Assembly: GCA_963758495.1 (NCBI GenBank)
Contig: CAVWVI010000003.1
Span: 128,001-192,000, forward strand
Length of the DNA: 64,000 bases
Source: Oligoflexia bacterium
GTDB lineage: Bacteria > Bdellovibrionota > UBA1018
Reading direction: 5' to 3'
The notes under the pieces are model-generated. The model saw only the letters and a list, made by a program, of their open reading frames with translations. It did no database searches and was not told where the DNA came from. Position 1 is the stretch's first letter. Each line of letters begins with the position of its first letter. Below are positions 21,847-32,269 of this stretch, piece after piece. Made by a program: the position numbers and the translations under genes.

Positions 21847-23997
21847 TTGCAGGACGCTGTTAAAAACTTAACGCCGCCTCGCATTATAGACAGAAGTCAG
21901 CAGCTTTGCGAAACTAGAAGAAAGATGCCAAAAACCATTCCTCCCTTTAAAATCCGACATCTACATCAATCAGAAAAAGGGCAGATCTCCATCATGATTG
22001 GTCTTATGATGATGACCTTCATTCTTTTCTTTGCATTCGTGATTAATGTCGGCATGCTCGTGAATGCGAAGATCAACTTACAAAATGCCGCTGACCTTGC
22101 CGCTTATGCCGGAGCGGCAACTCAAGCACGTCAATTGACACATATCTCCTACCTCAACTATGAAATGAGACGACAGTGGAAAAAATTCCTCTTTAGAATT
22201 TACGTCATCGGAAATATGTCACAAGACAGCTTCCCCCATGGAGGTGGAAGCGGCCCTATGAATTATATCCCGAACAACCAAGACGGCAGAGACTATCAAG
22301 TACCCACCACCTGTGTCATCTTCAACTCAACTGATAATTATTGTCATTTAACGGCTTTACCGGCGATCGCAATACCCAATTCAAATGCGGCCTCAAATTT
22401 TTTGGATTCAGTCACGGCGACCTTAACCGCACAACTTCAAGCCATAGAAAATATTCGACAGAATAACTGTAAAACGATTGGGATTACGAATAAAATGCTC
22501 AATATTTACTGGCTATTCAATGCAGATCCCAATCTCTCTCAGCTCGATGATACTTCAAATTCAAACCTCAGCATAGAGCAACAAAATGCCCTTAAAATTG
22601 TCAGAGGACTTGCTCATGGACTGGGAATTCTACCCAGAGAGGCGATTTTGAGAATGCGAATTCAAACGCTGAGCGACTACGTGAATAGCCCCGCTTTAAA
22701 AGATCAAACGATCGACGCGATTCAGAAGCTATCCAAAGGCCCCGATCCAATGGCAAATGAAAGAACCATTCAGGCTTTTTACTCAGCCTATTACACGTTA
22801 GGAAATCATACTTTTCCTGCGAGCACGATCAGTCTAGACGAACTTTTACCTGGAACACCTTCCCAAGCAGATTTACTTAAATTAGAGAACGTTTCACAAC
22901 CGTTTGATCTCTGGGCTGTTGATTTTATGCTGAATGGACATGGGGATTGTGCCGCTGTACTCGTTCCTATCCCAGTTAAACCTGGGCCCATAGTGGGTGT
23001 CTATAAAGACTCTCAAATGCTCACTTATTATGCGATTCGCCTGAAGGCAAAAGCAAAAATTCTTTTCTCACCCTTTGGTGACATCGATATGAAAGCCTAT
23101 GCAGCGGCTCAACCTTTTGGAAGTCGGATTGGTCCAGGTCCAAATCAAAAGCTCTCTTTCGCAGCCCAAGAACTTCCGAATTCAGCATTTCTTATCCCAG
23201 GAAATTCTCCCACTGGCTTAATTCCCAGTGTTTCCGTCCAAGCGGGAGAGAATGTTGCTAAAGGAATCGCCTGGGACACCCAGGATATGCAGTCAGCCCT
23301 CTACAGCTACTTAACCCATACGAACAACCCAGGAAGTTCCAGTACTGTTGATTTTAATGCAATTGAGAGCGCCTATGTCCCTGCCATGGCCCCTAATCCT
23401 TGGGAAACCAACCAGTACAACATTCCCAATGACATGTTGGGAGTCAATGATACTCCCGGCGATTCGTTTGTAAGGAATTTTGGAAATGATAATTATATGG
23501 CTTTTTGGGCTCCGGTGCTTCCACCCGGCTCACCCGCTAGTGTAAATGATAGAATTCAGATGTACCTCACCCCTCTCCCTGACACCCTTCAAGGTAATAA
23601 TACAACCGACCCAAGCAGTAATAATTCAGCAGCCATTACGGCAATCAAAGAATCACTGAAAATCGATTTGGAAAAATACGTATCGTCCACTCTCGCACGA
23701 GGTGCCGGAGAAGAGGGCGAAAGTCTCAACATTGTAAGGATCAAGAATCCTTTACTCAAAACAGATCTCAACCAAAAACTCTTCGTAACCGATAACCGCA
23801 AACTAAAAACCTCCTGGAATAGCGTCAACGATATTAACTTAAGAAAGGAGGGACGAGTGGGATACAGTGTGAAATTCGTCTCTTTCGATTCGCTTACACA
23901 GCACAAAAATCGATTAAGCGACCAAGGAGATACTCTAACAAATGACTTACCCCCAGAATCTGAGAGTGATCAGGATATTCCTTCTATCAAACATTGA
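21847..23997 (+). CDS. TadG-like pilus assembly protein; start likely 21925
   Basis: EKGQISIMIG TM, LQNAADLAAYAGA Tad signature. Confidence 0.8.
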   Translation: MQDAVKNLTPPRIIDRSQQLCETRRKMPKTIPPFKIRHLHQSEKGQISIMIGLMMMTFILFFAFVINVGMLVNAKINLQNAADLAAYAGAATQARQLTHISYLNYEMRRQWKKFLFRIYVIGNMSQDSFPHGGGSGPMNYIPNNQDGRDYQVPTTCVIFNSTDNYCHLTALPAIAIPNSNAASNFLDSVTATLTAQLQAIENIRQNNCKTIGITNKMLNIYWLFNADPNLSQLDDTSNSNLSIEQQNALKIVRGLAHGLGILPREAILRMRIQTLSDYVNSPALKDQTIDAIQKLSKGPDPMANERTIQAFYSAYYTLGNHTFPASTISLDELLPGTPSQADLLKLENVSQPFDLWAVDFMLNGHGDCAAVLVPIPVKPGPIVGVYKDSQMLTYYAIRLKAKAKILFSPFGDIDMKAYAAAQPFGSRIGPGPNQKLSFAAQELPNSAFLIPGNSPTGLIPSVSVQAGENVAKGIAWDTQDMQSALYSYLTHTNNPGSSSTVDFNAIESAYVPAMAPNPWETNQYNIPNDMLGVNDTPGDSFVRNFGNDNYMAFWAPVLPPGSPASVNDRIQMYLTPLPDTLQGNNTTDPSSNNSAAITAIKESLKIDLEKYVSSTLARGAGEEGESLNIVRIKNPLLKTDLNQKLFVTDNRKLKTSWNSVNDINLRKEGRVGYSVKFVSFDSLTQHKNRLSDQGDTLTNDLPPESESDQDIPSIKH

Positions 23998-24158
23998 ACT
24001 GTAAGCACTGTAAGGAGTCCTGTTGCAGTGCTCGTCAACAACCCTAAAGGAATGTTTACCATTGAGCGTAAGCTATGTGATACTTACTTCAATTACTTGT
24101 TGCAAAGCTTGCACACCTAAGGCTATTTTCGATTATGAAGATTTTTAATTAGATTAAC

Positions 24159-24632
24159 TTGGAGAAAGTAAATATGGCGAAGAAAAAAAAGGCTCAACCG
24201 AAAAAGAAAAAAGCTGCTCCTAAAAAAGCAAAAAAAGTTGCTAAAAAGGCCGCTAAAAAACCTGCTAAAAAAGTTACTAAAGTAGCTAAAGTAGCTAAGG
24301 GCAAATCTTCTGTTGCTAAGAAAAGTGCTGTTAAAAAGCTTGCTAAAAAACCTGCTAAAAAAACAGCAGCACCCGTGAAGAAAAAGGCCGCCGCTAAAAA
24401 AGTGGCTCGTCCGACCGTAATTCGTCGACCAGCACAGGCTCGACGAAGCACCCCAAGCTCGGAGGCTCTTCGATCCAGCACCCTCCCGTCCTCATCCACT
24501 TCTAATGTCGGATCTACTCTCAGTGGTTTCGCAGGTGGTTTGGCTGGCGGGGCAATCGGTTCTGCATTTGGTTCATCTTTTGGCGAAAAAGACCATGGAC
24601 GAAATCACGGAACGGATGAATCCGAAGAATAA
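24159..24632 (+). CDS. histone H1-like Lys/Ala-rich protein
   Basis: Repeated KKPAKK/KKAAKK motifs; Gly-rich segment and acidic tail. Confidence 0.75.
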   Translation: MEKVNMAKKKKAQPKKKKAAPKKAKKVAKKAAKKPAKKVTKVAKVAKGKSSVAKKSAVKKLAKKPAKKTAAPVKKKAAAKKVARPTVIRRPAQARRSTPSSEALRSSTLPSSSTSNVGSTLSGFAGGLAGGAIGSAFGSSFGEKDHGRNHGTDESEE

Positions 24633-24732
24633 GTCTTTAGCATTTGCGTGAGTATTCGGGCATCGGCGTCAACCCAAAAGTGCTAGCTGTAGCCCGAATG
24701 CTTACCCAAGCTAATTCTGACCGATCAAGCTC

Positions 24733-26118
24733 ATGGAAATTAGGGACGTTATTCATGGTTCAGTAACTATCGACTTATTTGAACTTCCTATTGTCGATTC
24801 ACGATTCTTTCAAAGACTGAGACAGATCAAACAGTTGGGTTTTGCTGAAATCTCTTTTCCCAGCGCAACCCATAATCGTTACATTCATAGCCTGGGAGCG
24901 ATGAGAACCGCTACCCAAGCATTTGAAACCATTTTTACTATTGACCCCAACACGAGCCATAAAATCCAACTCCCCGCTTCTTCCTTTCTACGATTTCGTT
25001 CTGCAGTACGACTCGCAGCTCTTCTTCATGATGTAGGGCATGGCCCTCTTTCTCATACAACAGAATTCGCAATGCCAGACGTCAGAGAGCTACGCCTTCC
25101 CCTCTCACTTTTCAGCAAAACTAAATCGAGAAAGGCAACCCATGAGGATTATACTTTAAAAATCATCTTAGATTCAGAACTCACGCCTCTGATCGAGAAG
25201 GCAGGACAGCAGACTGGGGTAAAACCCATTCATGTGGCCGGGTTATTAGAACCCAAAGTCGATATTGTAGATCAGTTTTTTATCGATTCGCCAAGACACC
25301 CTCTTTTGAAAGACGGAGAAAAAATAGATTTTCGACCTATTTTAAAACAAATCATCTCAAGCGAACTCGATGCTGATCGAATGGACTACCTGAGACGAGA
25401 TAGTTTGTATGCAGGTGTGAGCTATGGGCAGTTTGATTTCGATTGGTTACTGAACAACCTAACCGCCCATTTTAACTTCGGAAAATGCTATTTAGGACTT
25501 CAACATCGCGCCTTATATGCTTTTGAAGACTTTCTGATCTCACGGTATCACATGTTTTTAATGATTTATTTTCATCATAAAAGTGTGATTTTCGATGAAT
25601 TGCTGGCGCAGTATTTCGCAAGCCCTGATTGCGATTACTTCTTACCTTCTGATATTGAAAAATACTGTGACTATAATGATGCTCATCTCAGTGCCCATTT
25701 AGCAAAGAGCACAAACCCATGGGCTAAAAGAATCATTGAGAAGCGCCCTTATCAAATGCTAGTGGAACTTCATAGCGGAATTCCAGCCACAAAAACAGCT
25801 CGGCTAGAGCAAGAACTTCTTTTGAAAGAAATTCAAGAAGACCTTCAGCAACGAAAGATTCATTACCTGATCTCCACCTCCACCAGTGAGCTTTCAAAAT
25901 ACTTTAGGCGTCCTGGGGATCCCATCTTTGTCCGCTATGACAATCACTACAGTACAACCAGCTTCATCCCACTCGAACAATGCACCGACCTTTTCCAACG
26001 CTACGAAGAAAAGCGTTTTATCACACGTCTTTATGTTTCACCGGAGGATTATGTCGATTGTAAGCACCAAGGGCCGCGATCTCCTCTCAAGTACGAGGAG
26101 CATTCTTCGTCGCAATAG
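24733..26118 (+). CDS. HD-domain phosphohydrolase (dNTP triphosphohydrolase/YdhJ-like)
   Basis: RDVIHG, FQRLRQIKQLG, HNRYIHSLG, LLHDVGHGP, DADRMDYL. Confidence 0.9.
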   Translation: MEIRDVIHGSVTIDLFELPIVDSRFFQRLRQIKQLGFAEISFPSATHNRYIHSLGAMRTATQAFETIFTIDPNTSHKIQLPASSFLRFRSAVRLAALLHDVGHGPLSHTTEFAMPDVRELRLPLSLFSKTKSRKATHEDYTLKIILDSELTPLIEKAGQQTGVKPIHVAGLLEPKVDIVDQFFIDSPRHPLLKDGEKIDFRPILKQIISSELDADRMDYLRRDSLYAGVSYGQFDFDWLLNNLTAHFNFGKCYLGLQHRALYAFEDFLISRYHMFLMIYFHHKSVIFDELLAQYFASPDCDYFLPSDIEKYCDYNDAHLSAHLAKSTNPWAKRIIEKRPYQMLVELHSGIPATKTARLEQELLLKEIQEDLQQRKIHYLISTSTSELSKYFRRPGDPIFVRYDNHYSTTSFIPLEQCTDLFQRYEEKRFITRLYVSPEDYVDCKHQGPRSPLKYEEHSSSQ

Positions 26119-26138
26119 CGAAGCTCTCCAAGCCGCAG

Positions 26139-27083
26139 TCAAGAATCAAGTAATGAACCATTTTCCAGCTGCTGATCGGGCGTCTTAAACGTCATAAAAT
26201 CCTTAATATCGATGCAAGAATCTAAACTAGGCTCTAGGACTTGAGCACTCACCCCACCCAGTTCCTCTTCAGGATGATTAAAAATTTTCTGAAGTGTTCG
26301 ACACATATGACTTGCATGCAACCCATCGATAATTCTGTGGTCGAAAGTGGCGCAGAGTCGCATCATAGGTGCAACTTCAATTTTTCCATTTTTCGCAATG
26401 ACTGTTTCTTTAACAGCTCCTACTGCAATCAACATAGGAACCCGAGAATAGGGGACAAGAGGAGCAAACGCCATATCTAACCCTAGAGATCCAATATTGG
26501 TAATCATAATACTCCCAAAAGGATCTTTTGGACTTCCTAATAATGGACTCCAAATGTTTAACGAATACATCAGGAATCCCGCTATATTTATAATAGGATG
26601 AATCAGAAGGCCTGGAATGGACCCCATAGATTTTTTCATCTTTTTAAAGCTAGGATCCCCTTTTTCTCGAATGGATTTAACACGTTCGTGCAATTCCTTC
26701 GCAATTTCAGGAAGAGATTTTAAATTAGCTTTACGAATAGTCGTACCTGATAAGTCCTTACCCGATGAGTCGTTCGCCACTTGAAAAAAGATATCGATGG
26801 TTTTTCTAGGATAAATCTTTCCAAAACGGAGGATACAGTTGATCTCTGGATGAAGCTCCAAGGTTCGAGCAAATGCCTTTCCCACAAGGTGGGTAAGAGT
26901 GAGTTTATAATCTGTCTGTTTTTTCAACTTTTCAAGGTAAACCAAAGCAGGACCCACATCAAGATCCAAGGTCCCGTAAACACTGGGATCTCCGACCGTT
27001 TGCCAAGTCCCAATGGCAACTTTTCTCCAGCTTGAAATTTTGAGAGGAGGCCCTAGGTCTAGATTCTTTGAGAACAAAGGCAT
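26139..27083 (-). CDS. stand-alone 2-oxoacid dehydrogenase E2 catalytic-domain protein
   Basis: ITNIGSLG and FDHRIIDG; no lipoyl domain. Confidence 0.85.
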   Translation of the reverse strand: MPLFSKNLDLGPPLKISSWRKVAIGTWQTVGDPSVYGTLDLDVGPALVYLEKLKKQTDYKLTLTHLVGKAFARTLELHPEINCILRFGKIYPRKTIDIFFQVANDSSGKDLSGTTIRKANLKSLPEIAKELHERVKSIREKGDPSFKKMKKSMGSIPGLLIHPIINIAGFLMYSLNIWSPLLGSPKDPFGSIMITNIGSLGLDMAFAPLVPYSRVPMLIAVGAVKETVIAKNGKIEVAPMMRLCATFDHRIIDGLHASHMCRTLQKIFNHPEEELGGVSAQVLEPSLDSCIDIKDFMTFKTPDQQLENGSLLDS

Positions 27084-27189
27084 GGCTTCAGTTAACCTAA
27101 AGTATTCCGTATGGCAACTTCAATTCTAGACTCCATTTTTACTTTACAAATAGCGAAATGACGGCAATTTTGCTATTATAGATAGCACT

Positions 27190-28347
27190 ATGAAATTTAT
27201 CAATAGACTCATGGAATTACCTAATCGCTCTTTTTTTCTTTTAGGTCCCAGGGCGACCGGCAAAACCACCTGGCTCAAACAACGGCTTCCTCATGCAAGC
27301 TGGTACAATCTTCTTCGAACGCAGGAATACCTTCGGCTTTCCAATTCCGACACGTTCGTTAAAGAGGTCTCCTCTCTCCCCGAAGGAAGTTGGATAGTCA
27401 TTGATGAAGTCCAGAGGCGACCGGAGCTTCTCAATGAAGTGCATTATTTAATGGGTGAATTTGGTAACAAATATCGTTTTGCCTTAACTGGCTCCAGTGC
27501 ACGAAAACTGAAAAGTAAGGATGTAAATCTTCTAGCAGGACGCGCTAGCACTCAGAAATTTTTCCCCCTGACTTTTGCAGAACTGGGCTCATTGTGGAAT
27601 TTGGACCTGATTTTGAATTATGGCTGTTTACCAGGGATTTACTTAGAAGAAGAGGTTTTGAACCGAATCGAATTCCTCGACGCTTATGCCGATACCTATC
27701 TCAAAGAAGAAATTTTGCAAGAATCAGTCGTAAGAAATCTGGAGGGTTTTAGCAGATTTCTAAAAATTGCAAGTTTGATGAATGGGCAAATTCTTAACAC
27801 TTCAAATACCGGAAGAGACGCCCACATATCTCGTCAAAGTGTTGATAATTATTTCCAAATTTTATCGGACACCCTGATTGGGTTTCATTTGAATGCGTGG
27901 CAGCCACGAGCAAAGGTGAAAGAGGTTGGACATCCAAAGTTCTATTTTTTTGATTCTGGGATCGTGAGAGTCTTATCAGGAAAATTGCGCAGTACGATGG
28001 AAAACATAGATCGTGGGAATCTTTTTGAAACATACTTACTCCATGAAATTAGAGCCTATATTCAATATAAAAAATTAGGGGGCGAATTATTCTATTGGAG
28101 AACTACGTCCGGTACAGAAATTGACTTGATCTGGAATAGAGACCAGGATTCTATTGCATTTGAATTCAAGACTTCGTCCGAATGGAAACCTGACTATCTC
28201 AAAGGCTTCAAGAGTTTCTCTGAAGCTCGCCCACTCAAACGAGCAATAGGTGTTTATTTAGGAGAGAAATCTTTGAAAGCGGATGCCGTGGAAGTTTATC
28301 CAATTCGCAACTTTCTCGAAAAACTGTGGTCAGATCAAATTTTTTGA
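27190..28347 (+). CDS. AAA_14 ATPase with DUF4143
   Basis: GPRATGKT, IDEVQ, LTGSS, LAGR, KFYFFDSG, EIDL..FEFK. Confidence 0.88.
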   Translation: MKFINRLMELPNRSFFLLGPRATGKTTWLKQRLPHASWYNLLRTQEYLRLSNSDTFVKEVSSLPEGSWIVIDEVQRRPELLNEVHYLMGEFGNKYRFALTGSSARKLKSKDVNLLAGRASTQKFFPLTFAELGSLWNLDLILNYGCLPGIYLEEEVLNRIEFLDAYADTYLKEEILQESVVRNLEGFSRFLKIASLMNGQILNTSNTGRDAHISRQSVDNYFQILSDTLIGFHLNAWQPRAKVKEVGHPKFYFFDSGIVRVLSGKLRSTMENIDRGNLFETYLLHEIRAYIQYKKLGGELFYWRTTSGTEIDLIWNRDQDSIAFEFKTSSEWKPDYLKGFKSFSEARPLKRAIGVYLGEKSLKADAVEVYPIRNFLEKLWSDQIF

Positions 28348-28373
28348 GCAATCTCTGGATCAAGACAATGGGC

Positions 28374-28931
28374 CTATTTCCACTTAATACTGCAACCCAT
28401 AGCTGGCTTTGGGTCAGCGTCGGGGATTCGACCTGCTAGAACTTCATCTAACGCGAGCGCAAGGTCTCGGCGTGTGACTGAGCTTTCATCTTTCCAGTTA
28501 TCGTCCAGACGCCCTTGATATCGGAGAGCAAAGCCGGCTGATGTTGGAGCATAAAGATAGAACTCAGGGGTACATACAGCACCATAAGCTCGAGCCACTT
28601 CCTGTTGCTCATCATGCAAGTAAGGGAAAGCAAATCCTTGCTCGCGAGCACGGGCTTTCATTGCCTCAAAACTGTCATCCGGGTAACGAACTGGGTCATT
28701 GGAATTGATCCCAATCAGGTGGACCCCTTTTGCTTTGTACTCTTTTGCCAACTGATTGATTCGACTCTGTATTGCAATGACATAGGGACAGTGATTGCAC
28801 ATGAATACAAGAACGAGCGCTTTTGCATTTTTAAAATGATTCAAACTATAGATTTGATCATCGACTCCTCGAAGAGAGAAGTCGGGTGCAATGGATCCTA
28901 ATGGAAGGGGCTGTGAGTAAGTGAGTGCCAT
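28374..28931 (-). CDS. thioredoxin-fold AhpC/TSA family protein
   Basis: CNHCPYV, GAVCTPEF, GCSIKWK. Confidence 0.9.
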   Translation of the reverse strand: MALTYSQPLPLGSIAPDFSLRGVDDQIYSLNHFKNAKALVLVFMCNHCPYVIAIQSRINQLAKEYKAKGVHLIGINSNDPVRYPDDSFEAMKARAREQGFAFPYLHDEQQEVARAYGAVCTPEFYLYAPTSAGFALRYQGRLDDNWKDESSVTRRDLALALDEVLAGRIPDADPKPAMGCSIKWK

Positions 28932-29097
28932 AGTTATTTTCCTGATGGTGTTAGAGATCTAAAAATTCCTTCAGAGCTAACTTGATTTTGTCTATTATCA
29001 CATCGGGAAGAATACCTAAATCTTTTCTGAATTAAAGATATCTAAAATGGGTATTAATCCAGCCGAAGTCTTGGACTTTAGAGGTTGAACTACGCTG

Positions 29098-29145
29098 CTT
29101 CGGAAGCAGACCTTGATTCGCCTTCGGAAGCAGACCTTGATTCGC
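29098..29145. repeat. 24-bp perfect tandem repeat, two units
   Basis: CTTCGGAAGCAGACCTTGATTCGC at 29098-29121 and 29122-29145. Confidence 0.9.
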
Positions 29146-29161
29146 CCCCGAAGTTCCATCA

Positions 29162-30268
29162 TCAAATGACCCGCAAGCCACTCACCACCGGCAAAACACA
29201 ACGGACAGTGACCTCTTCCTCAAGAGACCGAGGATAGGTGACGACGATGCCATAAACTCCACGAAAGACGTAGGCGACGTCACGATTATAAGGGACTACT
29301 GACGACGACCAAAAATAATTGTCCGCCATATCAGGGATTGCAAGATGATCATAATGAACAAGAGCCCCCAGCGATCTTCCTAAAGCCACATACTCATCTT
29401 GGGTGGGCAACCTCGCTCCTCCACGCAAATCTCGGCAAAACCGCTCTGCGCTCTCTTGATTCATCCTGCGAACGTGTCCATCTTCTTTTGGAACCCCACT
29501 CCAAATCGTACCTCCCACCTCAAACATTTCTCCAAATGCCGCGAACTCCGGAGTGACTCGCTGATCGTTCTCCATGACTCGAGTGATGGGAGTCCCCGAG
29601 AGAACGGGACTAGGATTTTCCTGAGCTCGGGCTTCAACAGAGCCTGCAACGTCGATCCGCCACTCTACTGGTTGAGCAGCAATCTCAAGCGCCAATTCCA
29701 CTTCCTCACCAGGAGTGTACCTCAAAGGTTGGAGCTGATTGGAATTTACAATCCTTTGACGGCATGTCGGACACTTATGTTGATTTTCGAGAGCCTGGGA
29801 AATACAAGAGCTGCAAAACACATGATTACACGGAGTCAACATCAGATCCTTGCCCTGCATTTCGTCTAAACAGACAGGACAAATTTCAGCCTGGCGAATA
29901 GCATCAATCTGGGTCTGTACCGGTTCCAGTTCGCTCGCCTTCAAAAGGTCAGCTTGTGCTTTCAAAAGATCAACTTGAGCTAACAGCTCATCAATCCGAA
30001 CTTGACATACAGTCTTCCGAGATTGCAACTCCTCAGGAACCCTACTCATTCTTCGTTTGTCCTCAATCAGTTGATTCAACCAAGAACCTTCCACCCGATC
30101 CCGTACATTTCGAACTGCATTTTCCGTAGCTCCAAAACCAGAAATCTGCACACGCATACCTTGAAATTCAAAAGTATTTTCTGGTGCAGCCGAAACCACA
30201 TTAGAAGCAAGAATTGCAGAAAAGCTCGCTATAATTATTCCTAATGTGATCGCAAGATATTTCCTCAT
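29162..30268 (-). CDS. secreted C3HC4 RING-finger protein with C-terminal CLec/DUF1566-like domain
   Basis: Likely start MRKYLAI at 30268 (GAGGA RBS, signal peptide); CPVC..PCNHVFCSSC..CPTCR; ARLPT..E, FWSSS, VRCV. Confidence 0.8.
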   Translation of the reverse strand: MRKYLAITLGIIIASFSAILASNVVSAAPENTFEFQGMRVQISGFGATENAVRNVRDRVEGSWLNQLIEDKRRMSRVPEELQSRKTVCQVRIDELLAQVDLLKAQADLLKASELEPVQTQIDAIRQAEICPVCLDEMQGKDLMLTPCNHVFCSSCISQALENQHKCPTCRQRIVNSNQLQPLRYTPGEEVELALEIAAQPVEWRIDVAGSVEARAQENPSPVLSGTPITRVMENDQRVTPEFAAFGEMFEVGGTIWSGVPKEDGHVRRMNQESAERFCRDLRGGARLPTQDEYVALGRSLGALVHYDHLAIPDMADNYFWSSSVVPYNRDVAYVFRGVYGIVVTYPRSLEEEVTVRCVLPVVSGLRVI

Positions 30269-30430
30269 ATTTCGTTCCTCGAATTCCCATACAAACGCAA
30301 GCAGGAGGCTATGGAAAAACATAAATAATTACAGATTGTTAATATTTGTCAGAGTTATTTTTGAAAAACAAACCTATCTAAAGAGATTACATCTGTCAAA
30401 AATATTAAATATAAAGTAAAAAACTATACA

Positions 30431-30934
30431 CTAATCTAAAGCCGTGCCCCGGAACTCATGCCGGCTCACAATGTCCTTTAAAAGATCCATCATTAAATCC
30501 ATTTCCTTCTTATTTAAATGTCCAAAAAAGTATGCATCATTCTCATCCGCAATCTTTGCCAAGATAGGAACCAGCTTCAAACCTTCCGAAGTCAGCTCGA
30601 GCGAGGAGAGTCGCCTGTCTACCTGACTCATCGTACGTGTAATCAATCCCCGTCTCTCCAAACGATCTGATAGCCGTGAAAGAGCCCCTTTATCCATTCC
30701 CATTTCTTCCGATAATTGCGTGAGCGAACATGGCGCATGTGAATATAAAAACCGAAGCGCGATCCACTCCGCTACAGTTGCACCTTTTTCTGAAAGTCTT
30801 TGCTGAAAAGCTGCGGACACATGATTTGAAACAAATCTGAGCCAATATCCCAGATAAGAATCAATATCTCCAAATTTCGAACCTTTTCCCAACTTTTGCT
30901 TTTGCAATCGACTTTTAGCACTAGCTTGTTCCAT
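30431..30934 (-). CDS. MarR family transcriptional regulator
   Basis: LSRLSDRLERRGLI, DRR, LTSEG. Confidence 0.92.
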   Translation of the reverse strand: MEQASAKSRLQKQKLGKGSKFGDIDSYLGYWLRFVSNHVSAAFQQRLSEKGATVAEWIALRFLYSHAPCSLTQLSEEMGMDKGALSRLSDRLERRGLITRTMSQVDRRLSSLELTSEGLKLVPILAKIADENDAYFFGHLNKKEMDLMMDLLKDIVSRHEFRGTALD

Positions 30935-30965
30935 AAACTATGCATACTAGGTGCATTAATTTACT

Positions 30966-31013
30966 TTGACAAGGTCAATATTAGTTGCTATAGCAATAGT
31001 TGTGTAGGCAACT
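30966..31013. promoter_or_regulatory. palindromic operator-like sites between the divergent MarR and YjjX-APRT genes
   Basis: TTGAC-AAG-GTCAA, TTGCTATAGCAA, AGTTGTGTAGGCAACT. Confidence 0.5.
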
Positions 31014-31102
31014 TGTTTTAGACTTTAGAACATCTCTGTCCCCTTTTGCATTTCCGCCTATCCACTGCAAGAGTCAGAGAAAGCATTTATTTAGAGGTAA
31101 AT

Positions 31103-32242
31103 ATGAGATCCCATACTGTGGTTCAATTTTTGTTTATATTAATAGTCCTATCGTCGATTCCAACGGCACTTTTTGCAGACCAAAAAGAAATTAAGATCGG
31201 TGTCGCTTCTACCAGCCCTCTCAAAAAGAAAGCTGTCCTAGAAGTATTCCAAATGCTTTTTCCAAATAAGCACATTCATCTATCCGCTTATTCGGCTCAA
31301 TCAAATGTTGCGGAACAACCCGTGGGCGAAAACAATGGAATTGAGGGTGCAAGGAATCGCCTCAAAAATGCACAAATTCAGTCCACTCATGAAGAAGACT
31401 ATTTTGTTGCAATTGAAAATTATATTGAGGAGTCTCCTCAAAATACAAACCAATGGATCGATCGGGCGGCAGTTTGGGTACAAAAAAAAGGTCGCCCCGC
31501 CATTTTAGAGCACTCTCAACCCGTTTCATTTGAAGCTAAATTTGCATTAGAAGCAAAAAGGAGAACGAGGGAACCCTATCCCCTTCAAAATACGGGATTT
31601 TCCATCACTGCTGGAAAAATCATCCAAGAGGGTTTTAAAGATCACAGAGAAGCCATTCTTTCCGATGATTGGCAAAAACATCCAAAGTTTGGTGGAATTT
31701 CTAGAAAAAAACTCATTCAGCAAGCCATCGCCAAAGCCGTGATCAAGAATGAAATCACTGCAATTCCTAATTTTCCAAAGGCACCGGTCACTTTTCAGGA
31801 TATTTCCCCTCTACTCGGAAACCCTGAAATTTTTCAAGCCGTGATTAACCTCTTTGCCGATAAATATCACTCCAAAGGTATCGATGCCGTTGCCGGATTA
31901 GAGGCAAGAGGATTTATCTTGGGAGCTCCACTCGCATTAAAAATGAATGTGCCTTTTATTCCTATTAGAAAAAAGGGTAAACTGCCCCGACCCACACATC
32001 ATCAACGTTACTTAACCGAATATAGTGAGGATGAAATTGAAATTTCAGTGGAATCATTGAAAGGAAAAACCGTACTTATCGTGGATGATTTATTAGCTAC
32101 AGGAGGAACACTTAAAGCCGCTGATGATCTACTTAAAAGTGCTGGAGCTGAAATGACCTACTCTACCTGTTTAATCGAGCTCTTAGCCCTTCAAGGAAAA
32201 AACAAACTCCACTCCCCTTTCTTTTCACTGATTCAATACTAA
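31103..32242 (+). CDS. signal peptide + YjjX-like ITP/XTP phosphatase fused to adenine phosphoribosyltransferase
   Basis: N-half ASTSPLK, SNVAEQPVG, GARNR, VAIEN; C-half PNFPK..FQDISPLL, GLEARGF, RKKGKLP, VDDLLATGGT; GAGGT RBS before ATG 31103. Confidence 0.85.
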   Translation: MRSHTVVQFLFILIVLSSIPTALFADQKEIKIGVASTSPLKKKAVLEVFQMLFPNKHIHLSAYSAQSNVAEQPVGENNGIEGARNRLKNAQIQSTHEEDYFVAIENYIEESPQNTNQWIDRAAVWVQKKGRPAILEHSQPVSFEAKFALEAKRRTREPYPLQNTGFSITAGKIIQEGFKDHREAILSDDWQKHPKFGGISRKKLIQQAIAKAVIKNEITAIPNFPKAPVTFQDISPLLGNPEIFQAVINLFADKYHSKGIDAVAGLEARGFILGAPLALKMNVPFIPIRKKGKLPRPTHHQRYLTEYSEDEIEISVESLKGKTVLIVDDLLATGGTLKAADDLLKSAGAEMTYSTCLIELLALQGKNKLHSPFFSLIQY

Positions 32243-32269
32243 TTTTTTTAAATTAAAAGGAGATTTAAA

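Noticed and set aside
24733..26118. Anti-phage dNTPase
   Set aside because: Housekeeping context and a widespread HD family; nothing specific points to defence.
29098..29145. Possible CRISPR array
   Set aside because: Only two adjacent units, no spacers and no cas genes.
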